The position numbers and the translations under genes were made by a program. A stretch of 64,000 nucleotides of DNA, from assembly GCA_963777505.1 (NCBI GenBank), contig CAVZQN010000004.1:928001-992000 (forward strand). The letters run 5' to 3'. This document shows positions 59,517 through 64,000 of this stretch, in pieces. The notes below the pieces were generated by a model, which worked only from the letters and a program-made list of their open reading frames with translations, was not told the origin of the DNA and did not search any database. The DNA is from an uncultured bacterium (lineage in GTDB: Bacteria > Acidobacteriota > HRBIN11 > JAKEFK01). The stretch's first letter is position 1. Every line of letters begins with the position of its first letter.

Positions 59517-60446
59517 ATGGGTATGCACACAATCCTTGGAACTACTGGCACCATCGGAAAAGAGCTTACAAAGGAACTTGTAAAGAAAGGAAAACCTGTC
59601 CGTGTTGTAAGCCGCAATCCGAAAGTTATTCCTGGAGCTACTGAACTTGCAACAGCCAACATAATTGACCCAAATCAAACGATGGAAGCAGTTGCAGGTT
59701 CAGCGATTGTATATTTGGTTATCGGACTGAAGTACGATACGAAAATCTGGCGGCAGCAATGGCCTCTTATTATGAGGAACACAATTGAAGCATGTAAAAA
59801 GGCAAGAGCGAAGCTCATTTTTTTTGACAATGTTTATATGTACGGAAAAGTGCATGGTGCGATGACTGAAGAAACTCCGTTTCGACCCGTTAGCAAGAAA
59901 GGAGAAGTTCGCGCCCAGATTGCTCAAATGCTTTTAGATGAAATCAAAGCCGGTAATATTACTGGAATGATCGCGCGCTCTGCTGATTTTTATGGACCGA
60001 AAGTCAAAAACAGCGTGTTCAATATTCTGGTGTTTGAGAAATTTGCGAAAGGTCAAAAAGCAAACTGGCTTGTGAATGATACAGTTCGACATTCGTTTAC
60101 ATTTACTTCGGATGCATCGAAAAGCCTGATTGTTCTTGCAGAAAGCGAGGAAGCATGGAACCAGACCTGGCATCTTCCAACAGCGCCAAACCCTTTAACA
60201 GGAAAGGAATATATTCAACTCGCAGCTAATCAATTTGGTGTTCCGCCAAGATATCAAGTGTTAAACAAGATGATGCTGCGGCTTGGTGGATTGTTTGACT
60301 CAAATATTCGTGAAAGTTATGAAATGAATTATCAATATGAGTTTGATTACATCTTTGACTCATCGAAATACAACAAGAAGTTCAATTTCAATCCGGTTCC
60401 CTATACTGAAGGCGTGAAAATAACGGCGGCATCATACAAGAACTGA
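59517..60446 (+). CDS. NAD-dependent epimerase/dehydratase family protein
   Basis: ILGTTGTIG Rossmann motif, DNVYMYG, KKG..R, RSADFYGP. Confidence 0.85.
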   Translation: MGMHTILGTTGTIGKELTKELVKKGKPVRVVSRNPKVIPGATELATANIIDPNQTMEAVAGSAIVYLVIGLKYDTKIWRQQWPLIMRNTIEACKKARAKLIFFDNVYMYGKVHGAMTEETPFRPVSKKGEVRAQIAQMLLDEIKAGNITGMIARSADFYGPKVKNSVFNILVFEKFAKGQKANWLVNDTVRHSFTFTSDASKSLIVLAESEEAWNQTWHLPTAPNPLTGKEYIQLAANQFGVPPRYQVLNKMMLRLGGLFDSNIRESYEMNYQYEFDYIFDSSKYNKKFNFNPVPYTEGVKITAASYKN

Positions 60447-60455
60447 TTGATAACA

Positions 60456-60529
60456 GAAGGGGCGGCCCTTGTGGCCGCCCTGCGAATCCAGTTCACGAAT
60501 ATACGGGCGACCACAAGGGTCGCCCCTAC
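60456..60529. repeat. Inverted pair of GTAG-family REP elements between convergent genes
   Basis: gaaggggcggcccttgtggccgccc ... gggcgaccacaagggtcgcccctac (reverse complement begins GTAGGGGCGACCC). Confidence 0.8.
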
Positions 60530-60537
60530 TTAAAATA

Positions 60538-62295
60538 TTAACTCTGCTTTGCGATCCAGGAATCGATGCGTTGTTCTAGAACTGTAAGCGGTACAGGGCC
60601 TGCACCTAACACTTGATCGTGAAACCCACGAATATTAAATCGATCTCCTAATTCTTTTTTTGCATGTTCGCGCAGTTCGAGTATTTTCAGCTGTCCAACC
60701 TTATAAGAGACAGCTTGTCCTGGCGTTGAGATATAGCGATTGGTTTCACTTTGAACATCGATTTCATCTAATGCTGAATGCTGACGGATATAGTCAACAA
60801 CCTGTTCACGATTCCATTTCTTGAAATGCAAACCGGAATCAACCACTAGGCGGATTGCGCGAAGTATTTCATCTTGTAAACGTCCATAGTCATTGTATGG
60901 ATCTTTATAGAGTCCGACTTCTTTTCCAAGTGCTTCCGAATACAATCCCCATCCTTCAATGAATGAACCGAAATAAAGATTCTGTCTGTAAGGCGGAAGT
61001 TCGGGCAATTCTTGTTGAATTGCGATCTGTAAATGATGACCTGGATGACCTTCATGAAACGCAGTGGATTCAACGCTGATTGTGCTGCGTTCTTCAGGTT
61101 TGTATGTATTGATCTGAACACGTCCTGGCCGGCTTCCATCCGGAGCTGGAGGTTGATATTGCGCTGCTGCTGCGTCTTTTTCGCGGAACTGTTCTACTTC
61201 TACGATCTCAAGTTTTGCTTTCGGAAGAGTTCCAAACAATTGAGGCAGCAATTTTTCCATATTGGAAATGTGCATGCGATACAACTCTAACAAATGTTCA
61301 CGTGTATTCGCTTTTAAGTTTTGATTTTCTTTAATCGAAGCATTCAAAGATTTCAAATCGTTGAAACCTAATTTCTTTGCAATTCCCAGCATTTCAGTTT
61401 CAATCCGAGCCACTTCTTTCAAGCCGAGCTGATGAATTTCTTCCGGTGTCATACTTGTTGTTGTGCTTAACCGGACTGCTCTTGCGTACCGGGCATCACC
61501 ATCAGGAAGCGACCAGATGCCAACTTCTGTCCGGCCGGCGGGAGCATAATCTTTTTCAACAAAGTCTGCGAATTTCATATAAGCGGGAGATACCGCAGTA
61601 CGAATCGTTTCAAGCATGGATTCACGAATCCGTTTTTGATCCGATTCCGATATTTCTTTTGGAAAGTTTTTTAAAGGTTCAGCAAATGGTGATTCCTCCA
61701 CATTTTTTTGAGCGATCCCACGTGACTGTTCAACTACCTTTTCCAAAAGGAATCGAGGCGGTATTAATTTCTTTTGCATTCCTAAACGCATCCGCTCAAT
61801 GGTTTGATCAAACAAAAGCGGCAATCCTTTTAGCCGTGTTATGTAATCTTCATAATCTTTTACTGTAGTGAATGGAAGTTGTGAAACAACTTGTGGTGTT
61901 GCAAGATGAATTCCAGATCTCTGATTCACGGGCATTAAGTAATTTTCGAACTTCTCACCCTCAACTAAATTTTTCAAATCAATAACCATCAACTCTTTAT
62001 TCAGCACTTCTTGTTCACTAAAGCCAGAAGTATCAATCGCTTCGAATCGTTTCAGGAATTCACGAGTTTTTTCGTAGTCTTTTTTAATGCCTGAAATCGA
62101 TTCGTCCGACAGTTTATCGTTCCATCGTTTGTCACCGATCACGGAAGCGTAGACAGGATCAGCTTCAAGTGAGTAATCCCATTGCTCTTTTAAAAGATCA
62201 TTGAGCAGTTTACGGCGGGTTTCCAGATCCTTCGATTGTCCAAACAAGGACGTAAAAGACAGAACGAAAATCAGACAAATAACGATTTTTTTCAT
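60538..62295 (-). CDS. DUF885 family secreted protein
   Basis: HEGHPGHHLQ, EGWGLYSE, RAIRLVVDSGLH, RY...PGQA.SYKVG. Confidence 0.9.
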   Translation of the reverse strand: MKKIVICLIFVLSFTSLFGQSKDLETRRKLLNDLLKEQWDYSLEADPVYASVIGDKRWNDKLSDESISGIKKDYEKTREFLKRFEAIDTSGFSEQEVLNKELMVIDLKNLVEGEKFENYLMPVNQRSGIHLATPQVVSQLPFTTVKDYEDYITRLKGLPLLFDQTIERMRLGMQKKLIPPRFLLEKVVEQSRGIAQKNVEESPFAEPLKNFPKEISESDQKRIRESMLETIRTAVSPAYMKFADFVEKDYAPAGRTEVGIWSLPDGDARYARAVRLSTTTSMTPEEIHQLGLKEVARIETEMLGIAKKLGFNDLKSLNASIKENQNLKANTREHLLELYRMHISNMEKLLPQLFGTLPKAKLEIVEVEQFREKDAAAAQYQPPAPDGSRPGRVQINTYKPEERSTISVESTAFHEGHPGHHLQIAIQQELPELPPYRQNLYFGSFIEGWGLYSEALGKEVGLYKDPYNDYGRLQDEILRAIRLVVDSGLHFKKWNREQVVDYIRQHSALDEIDVQSETNRYISTPGQAVSYKVGQLKILELREHAKKELGDRFNIRGFHDQVLGAGPVPLTVLEQRIDSWIAKQS

Positions 62296-62358
62296 GAAAT
62301 CTCCCAAAAACGAAAGTTGGCAAATAACTAGACGTAATTCAGCATCAAAAAGTTGGCT

Positions 62359-63222
62359 TTAGCCAAAAACTGTAATTAAAACGATACCCATAACGACAAA
62401 GGCTGACGCCATCACACGCAGCCAGCCCCCTTGTTCTGACAAAAATTGAATTCCGATCCAGGCTCCAATCACAACAGAAACCTCGCGAACCGGCCCGACA
62501 TAACTTAAGGGACTGATCTTGAGAGCAGCTAAGACAAGCGTGTAGCCTGCCGTACCGAAAATAGCGCCTGCAAAAATTGCAAATATCCTGCGCTTTTTTG
62601 GTTCCTCTATCAAAGCTGCACGACCTTCTGGAATGAACCAGAGTATCGACAAACAGATCAAAGCAACGAACAAAACGAAATAGATATATATAAATGGAGG
62701 GAAATAACGGATCCCAACCTTATCGACGGCCGTATAAGTTGATATCAAAATTCCCGTAAGCAAAGCCCAACGAGAGGCGCGACTTCGAAAAGCTTGTAGT
62801 GGACGCCGCCAATCATGAATCGAACGAAGGTTGATTAAATACAAGCCGAGAATTACGCAAACAATTCCACAAAGTGCGACCCATGTTGGACGCTCTTTAA
62901 GAAAGAGGACTGCCCAGAGCAGAAGGAAAAGTTGAGCAGATCCGCGGGCAATTGGGTAAACAAGTGATAAATCGCCAGACGTATAAGCTCTGGTCAAGGT
63001 AAAGAAATAGAGCGCTTCTAAAACACCGCTTATTGCCAGAATTGCCCATGGAAGAGGTTGCGTGTGCGGAATGAAAAAAAATGCTGGAGAGCCTATCACA
63101 ACAGTAACTGCAAGCATCCACCATGCGAACGCAATCTTGTCACGCGACTTCTTCATCAATACGTTGGCAAGCGCATGAAGAGCCGCCGCAAGCAATAACA
63201 GCAATAGACTGCTTAGCAGCAT
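62359..63222 (-). CDS. EamA/DMT family transporter
   Basis: About 10 TM helices; AY..GDLSLVYPIARG and YV.PVRE.SVV motifs. Confidence 0.88.
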   Translation of the reverse strand: MLLSSLLLLLLAAALHALANVLMKKSRDKIAFAWWMLAVTVVIGSPAFFFIPHTQPLPWAILAISGVLEALYFFTLTRAYTSGDLSLVYPIARGSAQLFLLLWAVLFLKERPTWVALCGIVCVILGLYLINLRSIHDWRRPLQAFRSRASRWALLTGILISTYTAVDKVGIRYFPPFIYIYFVLFVALICLSILWFIPEGRAALIEEPKKRRIFAIFAGAIFGTAGYTLVLAALKISPLSYVGPVREVSVVIGAWIGIQFLSEQGGWLRVMASAFVVMGIVLITVFG

Positions 63223-63882
63223 TTACTTTTCTTCGTCCATTTGTGGTTTGGGTATATAGACTCGCCGTTCGAGTTTGGGTGGACGTTTACCATGACGGAC
63301 AGCGCCAGCAAGCGGGACATAATCAAGTTCTTCTCCGGAATCGCTGCAGCGCAACATCAAACCGCCACGGCTCATGTCACCGCGTCCAACAAAGGAAGGA
63401 GGAAAAAGTAATCGTTCTCCAAATACTTTTACTAACAATTCCACGTATTTTTTTGAACTGATACTTCCTAGCAAAACAATTTCGCAATTCTTTGGAAGTG
63501 TTTTTGCCAGAGCAATTGCGGAGGCCTGTAAAGCGTCAAAATAACGCTTATCCGATGGGTCAATTGGAACTTTACCAAAAGCTGCCAATTCTTCAGCGGT
63601 GACCACAGTATCAACTGGTATCAATCCGCGATTAGTCGTGATCACTAAAACGCCGGACATTTTTTTTGGGGGACGAGCAAATTGTGTTGAATATACTAGC
63701 TTGCCGCGGAAATAGAGACCGCTTAAGAATGCGAATACTTCACCAAGTGTTGCGCCAACATCTCTTAATCGATTTGCAAGATCAAATTTTGCGCGCTCGC
63801 TTAAAAGCATCCCTGCGCGCTTACCATCTAATCTCGCCGGCGATAATATGAAAATTCTATGAGGCGATCCAGCTTTAACCAT
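63223..63882 (-). CDS. Conserved hypothetical protein
   Basis: Long ORF with RIFILSPA, FLSGLYFRGK, LLGSI...KY and FVGRGDMSRGGL; adjoins the EamA gene. Confidence 0.6.
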   Translation of the reverse strand: MVKAGSPHRIFILSPARLDGKRAGMLLSERAKFDLANRLRDVGATLGEVFAFLSGLYFRGKLVYSTQFARPPKKMSGVLVITTNRGLIPVDTVVTAEELAAFGKVPIDPSDKRYFDALQASAIALAKTLPKNCEIVLLGSISSKKYVELLVKVFGERLLFPPSFVGRGDMSRGGLMLRCSDSGEELDYVPLAGAVRHGKRPPKLERRVYIPKPQMDEEK

Positions 63883-64000
63883 GATTGAGCAAACGTTCAA
63901 GGTATACAAATTTTTACTGTAAAACAATCAAAAAAATGCCAAACTACTTAATAGCCAAGTAAAGATCGTTTTGGAGGAAAAATGAATCAAGAGAACATAA

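Noticed and set aside
1-64000. tRNA, rRNA, prophage or integrase genes
   Set aside because: None recognised by eye; tRNAscan-SE and Infernal would be needed to exclude small RNAs.

Overview
This is a bacterial chromosomal window, probably from a diderm Acidobacteriota-like organism (inferred from gene content). It holds a NatAB-type ABC exporter, a beta-glucan utilisation locus (truncated LacI, TonB-dependent receptor, GH144-like, CBM32-hydrolase, GH3) and housekeeping genes (yajQ, polyprenyl synthase, mtgA, aroD-aroE, glmU, glmS, dacB). A RAYT transposase sits among its REP repeats. The main result is a ~9.6 kb block between the normally adjacent glmU and glmS that looks like an unusual RiPP (lanthipeptide-like) system. 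It encodes a 301-aa precursor with four tandem 54-aa repeats, each carrying an identical core with 4 Cys and 10 Ser/Thr. Next to it is a 1024-aa lanthionine synthetase whose LanC cyclase lies N-terminal to a LanM-type dehydratase, the reverse of canonical LanM. Also present are a metallo-beta-lactamase-fold (possibly diiron) enzyme, two 2OG-Fe(II) oxygenases, a Cys-His-Asp papain/transglutaminase-like protein and a disulfide-rich lipoprotein; no LanT or LanP is seen. Four genes are split by single-base insertions that are most likely sequencing errors. All calls are by eye from motifs; no searches were run.
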